This document shows positions 18,892-28,261 of a DNA stretch of 28,897 nucleotides, one piece after another. The DNA lies in the IMG/VR virus record IMGVR_UViG_2778261084_000005, positions 1 through 28,897 of that record; one strand, given 5' to 3'. Positions within the stretch are counted from its first letter, which is position 1. The number at the start of each line of letters is the position of its first letter. Below the pieces are notes generated by a model that had not been told where the DNA came from, searched no databases, and saw nothing but the letters and a program-made list of their open reading frames with translations. Source of the stretch: a virus (taxonomy: Duplodnaviria > Heunggongvirae > Uroviricota > Caudoviricetes). The position numbers and the translations under genes were made by a program.

Positions 18892-19287
18892 GTGGGATTA
18901 AAGAAAATCGTTATGTTGACTTTTTGGGTCGGTTTTGTTGCGGGATGCACACCTTTACACCCTTCAGATTGCCACAAAACTACTGCTACAGGTAGTTGCA
19001 GTTCAGGACGCTGGGATGATCAGGATGAATGGGGGGCGCAAGCGCGGGGAATCAGAGCTGCAATTAATGCCAAACTTGATGAGCCGCATAACTGGAAAGG
19101 GAAAAAATGCAGGTTGCATATGGAATTCTCTCAGGATGGCACGGCGTTAAAAATATCTACCAGTAACGGTGATAAAGCCTATTGCGAAGCGATAAAGTCC
19201 GCAGCTCATAAAGCCAAATTTCCGGCCTTCAACAATCCGGAAGTCTACAGAGATTTTCAGAAATCTGGCTTTGACATGCGAGGTTAG
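18892..19287 (+). CDS. Paralogous lipoprotein with diverged TolA domain III-like C-terminus (131 aa, GTG start)
   Basis: GAGGAG site then GTG; lipobox VAGC; shares KGKxCxLxM...GDxxxCxxA...PxxxxPEVYxxFQ pattern with the first lipoprotein. Confidence 0.65.
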   Translation: MGLKKIVMLTFWVGFVAGCTPLHPSDCHKTTATGSCSSGRWDDQDEWGAQARGIRAAINAKLDEPHNWKGKKCRLHMEFSQDGTALKISTSNGDKAYCEAIKSAAHKAKFPAFNNPEVYRDFQKSGFDMRG

Positions 19288-19538
19288 CTCTTCAATTACT
19301 ATATCTCATTCATAGCAAACTGACAGATTTGATGATGTTCTATATACGAAACCTGTGATGTCAAGTCTGAGCTAATACAAATAAACATAATATCAGAGAA
19401 ATACATTTTATTAGCTCGCTACGGCGAGCTTTTTATATTGCATCGTCTCCAGCATATATATCAATTAAGGCTCTGATTGATGTGTCTGAAAGCCTACACA
19501 TAATAACTATGCCATCCGTTCCGTGCGGAGGTGAGGCT

Positions 19539-19754
19539 ATGAAATCCATGGACAAAATTTCAACAGGCATTGCCTACGGCACCTCCGCAGGCAGTGCTGG
19601 CTACTGGTTTTTACAGTTGCTCGATAGAGTAACTCCGTCACAGTGGGCTGCAATCGGTGTGCTGGGTAGTCTGGTATTTGGCCTGCTGACGTACCTGACA
19701 AACCTTTATTTCAAGATTAAAGAAGATAAGCGCAAGACTGCGAGAGGTGAATAA
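19539..19754 (+). CDS. Phage-21-type class II holin/antiholin (pinholin) with dual-start motif (71 aa)
   Basis: [10 protein letters not shown]... with Met1 and Met4 starts; matches recalled S21. Confidence 0.85.
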   Translation: MKSMDKISTGIAYGTSAGSAGYWFLQLLDRVTPSQWAAIGVLGSLVFGLLTYLTNLYFKIKEDKRKTARGE

Positions 19755-20251
19755 TGCCTCCATCATTACGAAAAGTCGTTGCTGCTGCTATTGGTGGCGG
19801 AGCAATTGCTATAGCATCAGTGCTAATCACTGGCCCAAGTGGTAACGATGGTCTGGAAGGTGTCAGCTACATACCATACAAAGATATTGTTGGTGTATGG
19901 ACTGTATGTCACGGGCATACAGGAAAAGACATCATGCTCGGTAAAACGTATACCAAAGCAGAATGCAAAGCCCTCCTGAATAAAGACCTTGCCACGGTCG
20001 CCAGACAAATTAACCCGTACATCAAAGTCGATATACCGGAAACAATGCGCGGCGCTCTTTACTCATTCGTTTACAACGTGGGTGCTGGCAATTTCAGAAC
20101 ATCGACGCTTCTTCGCAAAATAAACCAGGGCGATATCAAAGGCGCATGTGATCAGCTACGTCGCTGGACATATGCTGGCGGTAAGCAATGGAAAGGTCTC
20201 ATGACTCGTCGTGAGATTGAGCGTGAAATCTGTTTGTGGGGTCAGCAATGA
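19754..20251 (+). CDS. SAR endolysin, lysozyme family (165 aa)
   Basis: Gly/Ala-rich weakly hydrophobic N-terminal segment ([18 protein letters not shown]) followed by lysozyme-like domain; start overlaps holin stop. Confidence 0.85.
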   Translation: MPPSLRKVVAAAIGGGAIAIASVLITGPSGNDGLEGVSYIPYKDIVGVWTVCHGHTGKDIMLGKTYTKAECKALLNKDLATVARQINPYIKVDIPETMRGALYSFVYNVGAGNFRTSTLLRKINQGDIKGACDQLRRWTYAGGKQWKGLMTRREIEREICLWGQQ

Positions 20252-20712
20252 ACAGAGTAACCGCGATTATCTCCGCTCTGGTTATCTGCATCATCGTCTG
20301 CCTGTCATGGGCTGTTAATCATTACCGTGATAACGCCATTACCTACAAAGCCCAGCGCGACAAAAATGCCAGAGAACTGAAGCTGGCGAACGCGGCAATT
20401 ACTGACATGCAGATGCGTCAGCGTGATGTTGCTGCGCTCGATGCAAAATACACGAAGGAGTTAGCTGATGCGAAAGCTGAAAATGATGCTCTGCGTGATG
20501 ATGTTGCCGCTGGTCGTCGTCGGTTGCACATCAAAGCAGTCTGTCAGTCAGTGCGTGAAGCCACCACCGCCTCCGGCGTGGATAATGCAGCCTCCCCCCG
20601 ACTGGCAGACACCGCTGAACGGGATTATTTCACCCTCCGGGAACGACTGGTAATGATGCAGGCCCAACTTGAAGGTGCTCAGCAATACATAACCGAGCAG
20701 TGTTTAAAGTAA
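20248..20712 (+). CDS. Rz-like inner-membrane spanin (154 aa)
   Basis: N-terminal TM helix plus coiled-coil-like periplasmic region; ATGA overlap with endolysin. Confidence 0.8.
   Translation: MNRVTAIISALVICIIVCLSWAVNHYRDNAITYKAQRDKNARELKLANAAITDMQMRQRDVAALDAKYTKELADAKAENDALRDDVAAGRRRLHIKAVCQSVREATTASGVDNAASPRLADTAERDYFTLRERLVMMQAQLEGAQQYITEQCLK
20468..20653 (+). CDS. Rz1-like outer-membrane lipoprotein spanin (61 aa), embedded in Rz in +1 frame
   Basis: Signal peptide with lipobox VVGC and proline-rich mature part. Confidence 0.8.
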   Translation: MRKLKMMLCVMMLPLVVVGCTSKQSVSQCVKPPPPPAWIMQPPPDWQTPLNGIISPSGNDW

Positions 20713-20849
20713 AATCTTAACTACAATATGATTCATTTTGATGATTGTTTCATAAGGAACAGTGAAGTAAGATCTAAGAGGAGTTAAATTTTATACAGTA
20801 TAATCATAATATTGCAGCAAGGTGGTTATAATTGAAAGAATATTTAGAT

Positions 20850-22307
20850 ATGAATACATCTCATGTAAGAGTTGTTACTCATATGTGTGGGTTCTTGGTT
20901 TGGCTCTATAGTCTTTCAATGTTGCCACCAATGGTTGTAGCATTGTTTTATAAAGAAAAAAGCCTGTTCGTTTTCTTTATAACTTTCGTTATATTTTTTT
21001 GCATTGGTGGCGGAGCGTGGTATACAACTAAGAAATCTGGCATTCAATTACGTACCCGTGATGGGTTTATTATAATTGTAATGTTTTGGATTTTGTTTTC
21101 TGTTATTAGTGCATTCCCTTTATGGATTGACTCAGAACTTAATTTAACGTTCATTGACGCTCTGTTTGAAGGGGTTTCTGGAATAACAACAACAGGAGCA
21201 ACTGTAATTGATGATGTTAGTTCATTACCTCGGGCATATTTGTACTATCGGTCACAGTTAAATTTTATAGGTGGTTTAGGAGTTATTGTTCTGGCGGTTG
21301 CAGTATTGCCATTATTGGGTATTGGTGGTGCAAAGCTTTATCAGTCAGAAATGCCGGGGCCATTTAAGGATGACAAACTCACTCCCCGCCTGGCCGATAC
21401 GTCACGGACACTGTGGATAACTTATTCTTTATTAGGTATTGCTTGTATTGTCTGTTATAGACTTGCAGGAATGCCTTTGTTTGATGCTATTTGTCACGGG
21501 ATTTCCACAGTTTCGCTTGGTGGTTTCTCAACTCATAGCGAGAGTATCGGATATTTTAATAACTATTTGGTTGAGCTGGTGGCTGGTTCTTTTTCCCTGC
21601 TATCGGCTTTCAACTTCACTCTTTGGTATATTGTTATTAGCAGAAAAACGATAAAACCTTTAATCAGAGATATTGAACTTCGTTTCTTTCTGTTAATAGC
21701 CTTAGGGGTGATCATTGTTACCTCTTTCCAGGTCTGGCATATAGGTATGTATGACTTGCATGGAAGTTTTATTCATTCGTTTTTTCTTGCCAGCTCCATG
21801 CTCACTGATAATGGTTTAGCTACGCAGGATTATGCAAACTGGCCCACGCACACGATAGTGTTTTTGCTGTTGTCAAGTTTCTTTGGGGGATGTATAGGTT
21901 CAACCTGTGGTGGAATTAAGTCACTTCGATTTCTTATACTTTTCAAACAAAGCAAACACGAGATAAATCAGCTTTCTCATCCCAGAGCGTTGTTGAGTGT
22001 AAATGTAGGAGGGAAGATAGTTACAGATCGTGTAATGAGGTCTGTATGGAGTTTCTTTTTTCTTTATACTCTCTTCACGGTGTTTTTTATACTGGTGTTA
22101 AATGGTATGGGATATGATTTTCTTACATCATTTGCAACAGTGGCTGCATGTATTAATAATATGGGATTAGGTTTTGGGGCTACTGCATCGTCATTCGGAG
22201 TGCTTAATGACATTGCAAAGTATTTAATGTGCATAGCTATGATTCTTGGTCGCCTTGAAATTTATCCTGTTATTATATTGTTTTCAGGTTTTTTTTGGCG
22301 CTCCTAA
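20850..22307 (+). CDS. trkG: Trk-system potassium uptake protein (485 aa from MNTSHVRVV)
   Basis: Polytopic membrane protein matching recalled TrkG; AT-rich cargo gene after the lysis cassette. Confidence 0.9.
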   Translation: MNTSHVRVVTHMCGFLVWLYSLSMLPPMVVALFYKEKSLFVFFITFVIFFCIGGGAWYTTKKSGIQLRTRDGFIIIVMFWILFSVISAFPLWIDSELNLTFIDALFEGVSGITTTGATVIDDVSSLPRAYLYYRSQLNFIGGLGVIVLAVAVLPLLGIGGAKLYQSEMPGPFKDDKLTPRLADTSRTLWITYSLLGIACIVCYRLAGMPLFDAICHGISTVSLGGFSTHSESIGYFNNYLVELVAGSFSLLSAFNFTLWYIVISRKTIKPLIRDIELRFFLLIALGVIIVTSFQVWHIGMYDLHGSFIHSFFLASSMLTDNGLATQDYANWPTHTIVFLLLSSFFGGCIGSTCGGIKSLRFLILFKQSKHEINQLSHPRALLSVNVGGKIVTDRVMRSVWSFFFLYTLFTVFFILVLNGMGYDFLTSFATVAACINNMGLGFGATASSFGVLNDIAKYLMCIAMILGRLEIYPVIILFSGFFWRS

Positions 22308-22444
22308 TATATGGCTGATTTATAATTGTGAGTTTAATATTATGTTGACTCACTCATTGATCCAATACCTAACTTTACCAGCAACACCTCCGCCCCCAGT
22401 AGCACTGGCTGCTGGGGTGCGTTTTATTCATAAAGCAAGGCTGT

Positions 22445-23236
22445 ATGAGCGAGAAATTAAAGATAGTCTATCGCCCATTACAAGAATTGTCACCGTATGC
22501 GCACAACGCCAGGACGCACAGCCCTGAGCAGGTGGCACAACTGGTAGAAAGTATTAAGCAATTCGGCTGGACTAATCCGGTGCTGATTGACGAAAAGGGC
22601 GAAATTATTGCGGGTCACGGTCGTGTTATGGCGGCTGAAATGCTCAAAATGGATTCTGTTCCGGTCATTGTTCTGTCTGGCCTGACGGATGAGCAGAAAA
22701 AGGCGTACCGCCTGGCAGATAATCGCCTGCCGATGAATGCTGGCTGGGATGAAGATCTGTTGCGGATGGAGCTGTCGGACCTAATCAATGCTGATTTTGA
22801 TGTCTCCCTGACAGGCTTCATCCCGACAGAAATTGATGAACTGTTGACGGATGTTTTGCCCGGTACAGGAAATGAGGAGGAGCCGTATACGACGAAAATT
22901 GATACGCCTGTTTATGAGCCGTCGGGCGGTAAACCGGATATCAGTGAACTGTACGACGATACGAAAACTCAGGAGCTGATCAGCCGGATACGTTCGGCGT
23001 CCCTTGAGCCTGATATTGAGAAATTCCTCCTGTGTGCGGCAGAACGTCACACGGTGTTTAATTTCAGCAGAATTGCGGACTATTACGCTCACGCCCCCGC
23101 TGAAATTCAGTGTTTTTTCGAGGAGTCGGCGCTGGTGATCATTGATTATCAGCAGGCTATTGAAAATGGATTTGTCCGGATGACGCAGCGCATGGTGGAG
23201 ATCATGCATGGTGGTGAGGAGGAGGAATATGCGTGA
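22445..23236 (+). CDS. ParB-like nuclease-domain protein (263 aa)
   Basis: ParB N-terminal domain signature (IIAGHGRVMAA); N-terminus matches what I recall of the short K-12 YnaK, but this ORF is full length. Confidence 0.7.
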   Translation: MSEKLKIVYRPLQELSPYAHNARTHSPEQVAQLVESIKQFGWTNPVLIDEKGEIIAGHGRVMAAEMLKMDSVPVIVLSGLTDEQKKAYRLADNRLPMNAGWDEDLLRMELSDLINADFDVSLTGFIPTEIDELLTDVLPGTGNEEEPYTTKIDTPVYEPSGGKPDISELYDDTKTQELISRIRSASLEPDIEKFLLCAAERHTVFNFSRIADYYAHAPAEIQCFFEESALVIIDYQQAIENGFVRMTQRMVEIMHGGEEEEYA

Positions 23237-23242
23237 TGATTT

Positions 23243-24004
23243 TTGCGCCTTTATTCTGACTCACGGGCGACCAGACAAAGTTCTGACTTAGCCGGTTATG
23301 AGGGGCAAGGTGCGACAGCTAACAGCAACGCCAGTCGTATGCTTAGAAATGCCAGGGTTTTTCGCGCTATCAGCTACTTCCGCAATCAGTACCAGAAACG
23401 CTATACCGCAGACCTGGATTTACTAGTGAGTCAGTTGATGGCCATTGTCCTGGCCGACCCCAATCAGCTTGCACAATTTCGCCGTGTTAACTGCCGTTAT
23501 TGCTGGGGCGAGAATCATCTCTACCAGTGGCGCGATATAGCAGAATTCGACAAGGCAGCGGCGCAGGCTTCCAGAGATGGCAAACCCGAACCGGAATATG
23601 GAGGCCTCGGCTTTGTTGATAACGCCATACCCAATCCGGACTGCCCGAAGTGCTGCGGTGAGGGAACGGGACAGCTTTATATGGCTGATACCACTCTGCT
23701 TGATGGGGATGCGCGGCAATTATATGCAGGGGCAAAATTCGGAAAATTCGGCGTTGAGATCCTGCTGGAGGATAAGGCTGCCGCCCGGCGTGAATTGTTG
23801 CGTTTGCTTTCTGCTGGCGGGGCTTTATGTGCAGATAAGCGGCTACAGGAACTGGAAATTGAACGGCGCAGAATGGAAAACCAGAAGCTGCGCAAAGAGA
23901 TCGAAACGGTGGAAGATAATGAACATCCCCAGCCTGTGGCGATCAAAATTAATGTGGTTGATGCCAGAGTAAGGAGTGATGAAGATGATCTCTCCGACGC
24001 TTAA
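23243..24004 (+). CDS. Putative terminase small subunit / packaging protein with CxxC motifs; start uncertain (TTG 23243 or ATG 23339)
   Basis: Position immediately upstream of a terminase large-subunit fragment; CRYCWGE and CPKCCGEG motifs. Confidence 0.4.
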   Translation: MRLYSDSRATRQSSDLAGYEGQGATANSNASRMLRNARVFRAISYFRNQYQKRYTADLDLLVSQLMAIVLADPNQLAQFRRVNCRYCWGENHLYQWRDIAEFDKAAAQASRDGKPEPEYGGLGFVDNAIPNPDCPKCCGEGTGQLYMADTTLLDGDARQLYAGAKFGKFGVEILLEDKAAARRELLRLLSAGGALCADKRLQELEIERRRMENQKLRKEIETVEDNEHPQPVAIKINVVDARVRSDEDDLSDA

Positions 24005-24563
24005 TGTGCCTCAGGCGCGATTTCTTTCAATGCCCCATAAATTTAAAGCCTATATTGCTGGTTTTGGCTCGGGCAAAACATGGGTTGGGTGTGGCGGCAT
24101 ATGCAAGGGGATTTGGGAGCATCCAGGTATAAATCAGGGATATTTTGCGCCAACGTATCCCCAAATTCGCGATATTTTTTACCCTACAGTGGAAGAAGTT
24201 GCTGCTGACTGGGGATTGAACGTAAAAATTAATGAGGGAAATAAAGAGGTTCACTTTTATTACGGACGCCAGTATCGGGGAACCACTATCTGCAGATCGA
24301 TGGAGAAGCCACAAACGATCGTCGGTTTCAAAATTGGTAATGCGTTGGTGGATGAACTGGACATTTTGCCGAAGGAAAAAGCCAGAACGGCGTGGCGCAA
24401 GATAATTGCACGTATGCGTTATAAGATTGATGGACTTCGCAACGGTATTGACGTTACAACCACGCCGGAAGGATTCAAATTTGTCTACGAGCAGTTTGTT
24501 AAAGCCGTGCGTGAAAAAACAGAGCTGGCCTCACTGTATGGTCTGGTGGCGCATTGCAGATGA
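23976..24563 (+). pseudogene. Terminase large subunit, N-terminal ATPase fragment only (195 aa)
   Basis: Walker A-like AGFGSGKTW; ORF ends after 195 aa where full-length proteins have 450-650 aa. Confidence 0.6.
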
Positions 24564-24669
24564 GCCGGGCTAATGCGGCCAGCATTGCAAAAACAGCGGT
24601 TGGACATCTTGCTGCTACTGCCCGTGAGAGTTTTGCCAGCGCGAATAATGATTTGATTAAGGGTAAGCA

Positions 24670-25080
24670 ATGGTTAACGGTTTTTGTATCGACAGTTTTG
24701 ATATTCAGTTCGATAACAAACTCCAGACACAGCGTTGTATCGGGACTGGCTCGCCTTATGCAGGAGCAAATATTCCGACTACTTTTACACCGTCCGGTAC
24801 GGTGACGCTTTCATGGTCTAAAGCCGCGTGGGAAATCTGGAGTAAAACACTGACTGGAGAAACAGTTCCGTTCAGCTTCACGCTTTCGAATGGAGAGGGT
24901 GCATACACTTTCAGTTTCCCGAAGGTTCAGGTGTCAGGTGAATGGCCTGATGGGGGTAATAGCGACATTATCCAGGTTCAATTGAGCATTACCGCAGCAG
25001 ATGAAGCACCTACGATAACCAGAAAAAAAAATTCCCCGGCTGCCGTGATCGCAAAAGCCAGTGCTGAGGCGATTAGTTGA
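24670..25080 (+). CDS. Tail protein fragment or small tail tube-like protein (136 aa)
   Basis: Position before tail chaperone genes; start by alternative codon; contains an A9 run at 25023-25031. Confidence 0.35.
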   Translation: MVNGFCIDSFDIQFDNKLQTQRCIGTGSPYAGANIPTTFTPSGTVTLSWSKAAWEIWSKTLTGETVPFSFTLSNGEGAYTFSFPKVQVSGEWPDGGNSDIIQVQLSITAADEAPTITRKKNSPAAVIAKASAEAIS

Positions 25081-25128
25081 TTTTCCGTTATTCCTCCTGT
25101 GGTACTGCCCTACAGGGGGACGCATTGA

Positions 25129-25590
25129 ATGAGGTTATGGATGTTTATTCTTAATCAGAAAATTATCATTGGTGGAGAACGCTGGTTTACGCCAATGAAG
25201 GACTTAAAACCTGTAGACGGGTTAAAACTGTTGGTGGCAAGCAGCGATAACGATCAGTATCGCTCCCGTAATGCATTAATCCGTCGCCACATTGAGAAAA
25301 TGGATGCCAGTTTGCACGTCGGAACGAAGGAGTTTGATATTTCAAAGGTTTCCGAGGTGGATTCTGTTGATGATTTACTCATTGATAATGCCGCTCGTTA
25401 TCTGCTGAAAGACTGGAAAGGGGTTGGTGAACTGGTTAATGGTGTTGAGGTTGCACTGGAATATACGGCAGAACGAGGGATCGCGCTGCTTAAGCAGAAT
25501 CCAGAGTTGTACTGGCAGATCCTTGCAGAAGCAGCCAGCATCGCCCAGGGTAAAGAGCAGCAGAAGCAGGATACGATAAAAAAGCCATAG
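25129..25590 (+). CDS. Tail assembly chaperone, lambda G analogue (153 aa)
   Basis: GGGGGA site before ATG 25129; ends 6 nt after an A_AAA_AAG slippery heptamer; followed by a -1 frame extension ORF. Confidence 0.55.
   Translation: MRLWMFILNQKIIIGGERWFTPMKDLKPVDGLKLLVASSDNDQYRSRNALIRRHIEKMDASLHVGTKEFDISKVSEVDSVDDLLIDNAARYLLKDWKGVGELVNGVEVALEYTAERGIALLKQNPELYWQILAEAASIAQGKEQQKQDTIKKP
25578..25584 (+). other. Programmed -1 ribosomal frameshift slippery site A_AAA_AAG
   Basis: Heptamer in X_XXY_YYZ register relative to the chaperone frame; the -1 frame is open from here to 25898. Confidence 0.6.
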
Positions 25591-25898
25591 CTGCCCAGCG
25601 GTGGTTATCGGAGTTCGGGGGAGAAAGGGGGGAAAAGGCAAGATGGAAGCGAGAAAAACTCAGGTTGCCACCGATACCGGAACCAGAAATAGACCCGGTG
25701 CTTAAGGAGTTGTTGTACGCCTATTCGGTAATATCCCGTGCCCGACGTTATGCTGGAATGGCTGGGGTGCCTTTGCCTTTATCTCTGACAGAGATAAATG
25801 AATATTTAGCCACTCATCCGGTATTGATTGAGCGCGATGAATTTGAAGCAGTGATCTTTGCACTGGATGACCAGTATTTTCAGGAGCAGTGTGTGTAG
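25584..25898 (+). CDS. Frameshift extension of tail assembly chaperone, lambda GT analogue
   Basis: Open -1 frame continuous from the slippery site, no separate convincing start. Confidence 0.45.
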   Translation, partial: AIAAQRWLSEFGGERGEKARWKREKLRLPPIPEPEIDPVLKELLYAYSVISRARRYAGMAGVPLPLSLTEINEYLATHPVLIERDEFEAVIFALDDQYFQEQCV

Positions 25899-26063
25899 TT
25901 GTTAATTACGTACACTCTGTTACAGAGATGTGATGGTGTCTTTAATTAAATCGATGATGCTCCTGGAGAAAAGCATTGCGTGGCCTCGTAATCGCTATAT
26001 CTACTATTATGTCGCCTGAAACCCACTTCGCGGTGGGTTTTTTGTTGTCAGGAGTTTTAATAA

Positions 26064-27662
26064 ATGGCAGAGCAAACCTCGCGTCTCGCAATAATTATTG
26101 ATAGCACTGGAGCGAAAAATAATGCTGACAATCTGACCTCCTCATTAGTCAAAATGACGCAGGCTGGGGAAACTGCTGCAAATAGCGCAGGGAAAGTGAC
26201 TAAGGCAACAGAAGATGAGAAGAACGCGCTCGCAAAATTAAAAGCAGCTATTGATCCAGTTGGTGCCGCAATTGATACTGTCGGTCGACGCTATTCTGAA
26301 TTAAAGAAATTTTTCGATAAAGGGCTTATTGATAAAGAAGAATATGAATTTCTTGTCCGTAAACTTAATGAAACCACAGAGGAATTGAGCGGGGTTGCGC
26401 AAGCGCAGAGAGAAGCCGAGAAGGCCGGAAAACTTGCTGCCGCCCAGCAGGAAGCGCAGGCTCAGGCCTTTCAAAGAATGCTGGACAAGATCGACCCTCT
26501 GGCTGCGGCGCTAAGAAATCTTGAACAACAGCATGATGAACTTAATGCTGCGTTTGCATCCGGGAAAATAAATGGTTCTCAGTTTGAGAATTATAGCCGA
26601 AAAATACAGGAAACACGGCGAGAGCTTACCGGAGAGGCTCAGGCAGAGCGAGAAGCAGCAAAAGCGCATGATGAACAGGTTGTTGCTTTGCAACGTCTGA
26701 TTGCTCAACTTGATCCTGTCGGAACTGCTTTTAATCGTCTGGTAGAACAACAGAAACAGCTCAATGAAGCAAAAGCTAAGGGGATGCTTTCTCCTGAAAT
26801 GTATGAGGAGCTTTCTGGAAAACTTCGTGCTATGCGGAGTGAGCTTGAGGTTACTCAATCACAATTAAGCAAAACCGGAATGTCGGCAAAACAAACGGCT
26901 TTTGCTATGCGCATGTTGCCTGCACAAATGACGGATATTGTTGTTGGGTTGTCCACTGGTCAGTCGCCATTTATGGTGTTAATGCAGCAGGGCGGCCAGC
27001 TAAAAGATATGTTCGGTGGGATTGGCCCGGCGATCAAAGGTGTAGGTTCTTATGTGCTGGGATTAATTAATCCTTTTACCCTGGCCGCAGCAGCCGTTGG
27101 GGTCTTAGGACTGGCTTACTATAAAGGCTCTCAGGAGCAGGACGAATTTAATAAATCTCTTATTCTTACCGGAAATCAGTTGGGGACAACCAGCGGGCAA
27201 TTGGGCGATATAGCTCAACGTGCCGGGAATGCGGCTGATTCGACAACTGGTGCTGCGGCGGCAGTATTAAATCAGCTTGTGCGTTCGGGAAAGGTAGCGA
27301 GCAGTTCGCTGGAGCAAGTGACGACAGCGATAGTAAAAACGAGCGAAGTAACAGGAATATCAACCGAACAACTGGTTAATGACTTCAATGAAATTGCAAA
27401 GGATCCTGTCAGTGCCATATCAAAACTTAATGATCAGTACCATTTTCTGACACTTGCGACTTATAACCAGATTAAGGCGCTACAGGATGAAGGGAACCAG
27501 CAGGAGGCCGCCCGCATTGCGACAGAAGAATACTCATCCTCAATGATCCAGCGCACCAAATGGCAGCGACGCACACACTCCCTCTGGCGTCACCGGGCAT
27601 GGCACGCATCTGCCTTTACGGGGATTTACAACGATTTGGCCGCCGCATCGACCTTCGAGTGA
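26064..27662 (+). pseudogene. Tail tape measure protein, N-terminal part only, truncated
   Basis: Three tandem ~65-aa coiled-coil repeats then a hydrophobic/Gly-rich segment typical of tape measure proteins; about 500 aa where lambda H is recalled as about 850; reading frame degenerates before the next gene. Confidence 0.55.
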
Positions 27663-28201
27663 AAACGGGGTCCGAAGCCATCCGGGCGCTGGCCATGCAG
27701 ATCCCGGCATTTCGTCAGAAACTGAGCGACGGCTGGTACCAGGTACGCATTGCCGGGCGTGATGCAGGTGAAACCGAATTGTCTGCCCGTCTTAATGAGC
27801 CGCTGGAAAATGGTGCCGTGATCCATATCGTGCCGCGTCTGGCAGGAGCCAAAAGTGGCGGTGTGTTTCAGGCTGTGCTGGGGGCGGCTGTTATGGCGGT
27901 TGCTATATGGATGCCGGGGGTAGGAATTATGGCGAGTAATCTGCTGTTTTCTCTCGGTGCCAGTATGACGCTTGGCGGTGTTGCACAGATGCTGGCCCCT
28001 AAACCCAAAACCCCCCGCACACAGACAACGGATAACGGCAAACAGAATACCTATTTTTCTTCACTGGATAACATGGTTGCCCAGGGCAATGTTCTGCCGG
28101 TTCTGTACGGTGAAATGCGCGTGGGGTCACGCGTGGTTTCTCAGGAGATCAGCACGGCAGATGAAGGGGATGGTGGTCAGGTTGTGGTGATTGGTCGCTG
28201 A
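27599..28201 (+). CDS. Tail assembly protein I-like (200 aa from [10 protein letters not shown])
   Basis: Translation closely matches recalled lambda gpI at both termini. Confidence 0.85.
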
Positions 28202-28220
28202 TGCAAAATGTTTTATGTGA

Positions 28221-28240
28221 AACCGCCTCCGGGCGGTTTT
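28221..28240 (+). terminator. Terminator-like hairpin (AACCGCC-TCCG-GGCGGTT + TTTT) between I and the tail-fibre gene
   Basis: Read from sequence; function uncertain. Confidence 0.35.
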
Positions 28241-28261
28241 ATCGTTTATGGAGCATGACGA

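Noticed and set aside
21439-21654. 71-aa plus-strand ORF inside trkG
   Set aside because: Alternate frame within the trkG coding region.
23423-23972. Several ORFs (82-131 aa) on both strands within the putative small terminase gene
   Set aside because: Shadow ORFs in a GC-rich coding region.
26511-26858. 115-aa minus-strand ORF inside the tape measure gene
   Set aside because: Antisense to a repeat-containing coding region; no start context.
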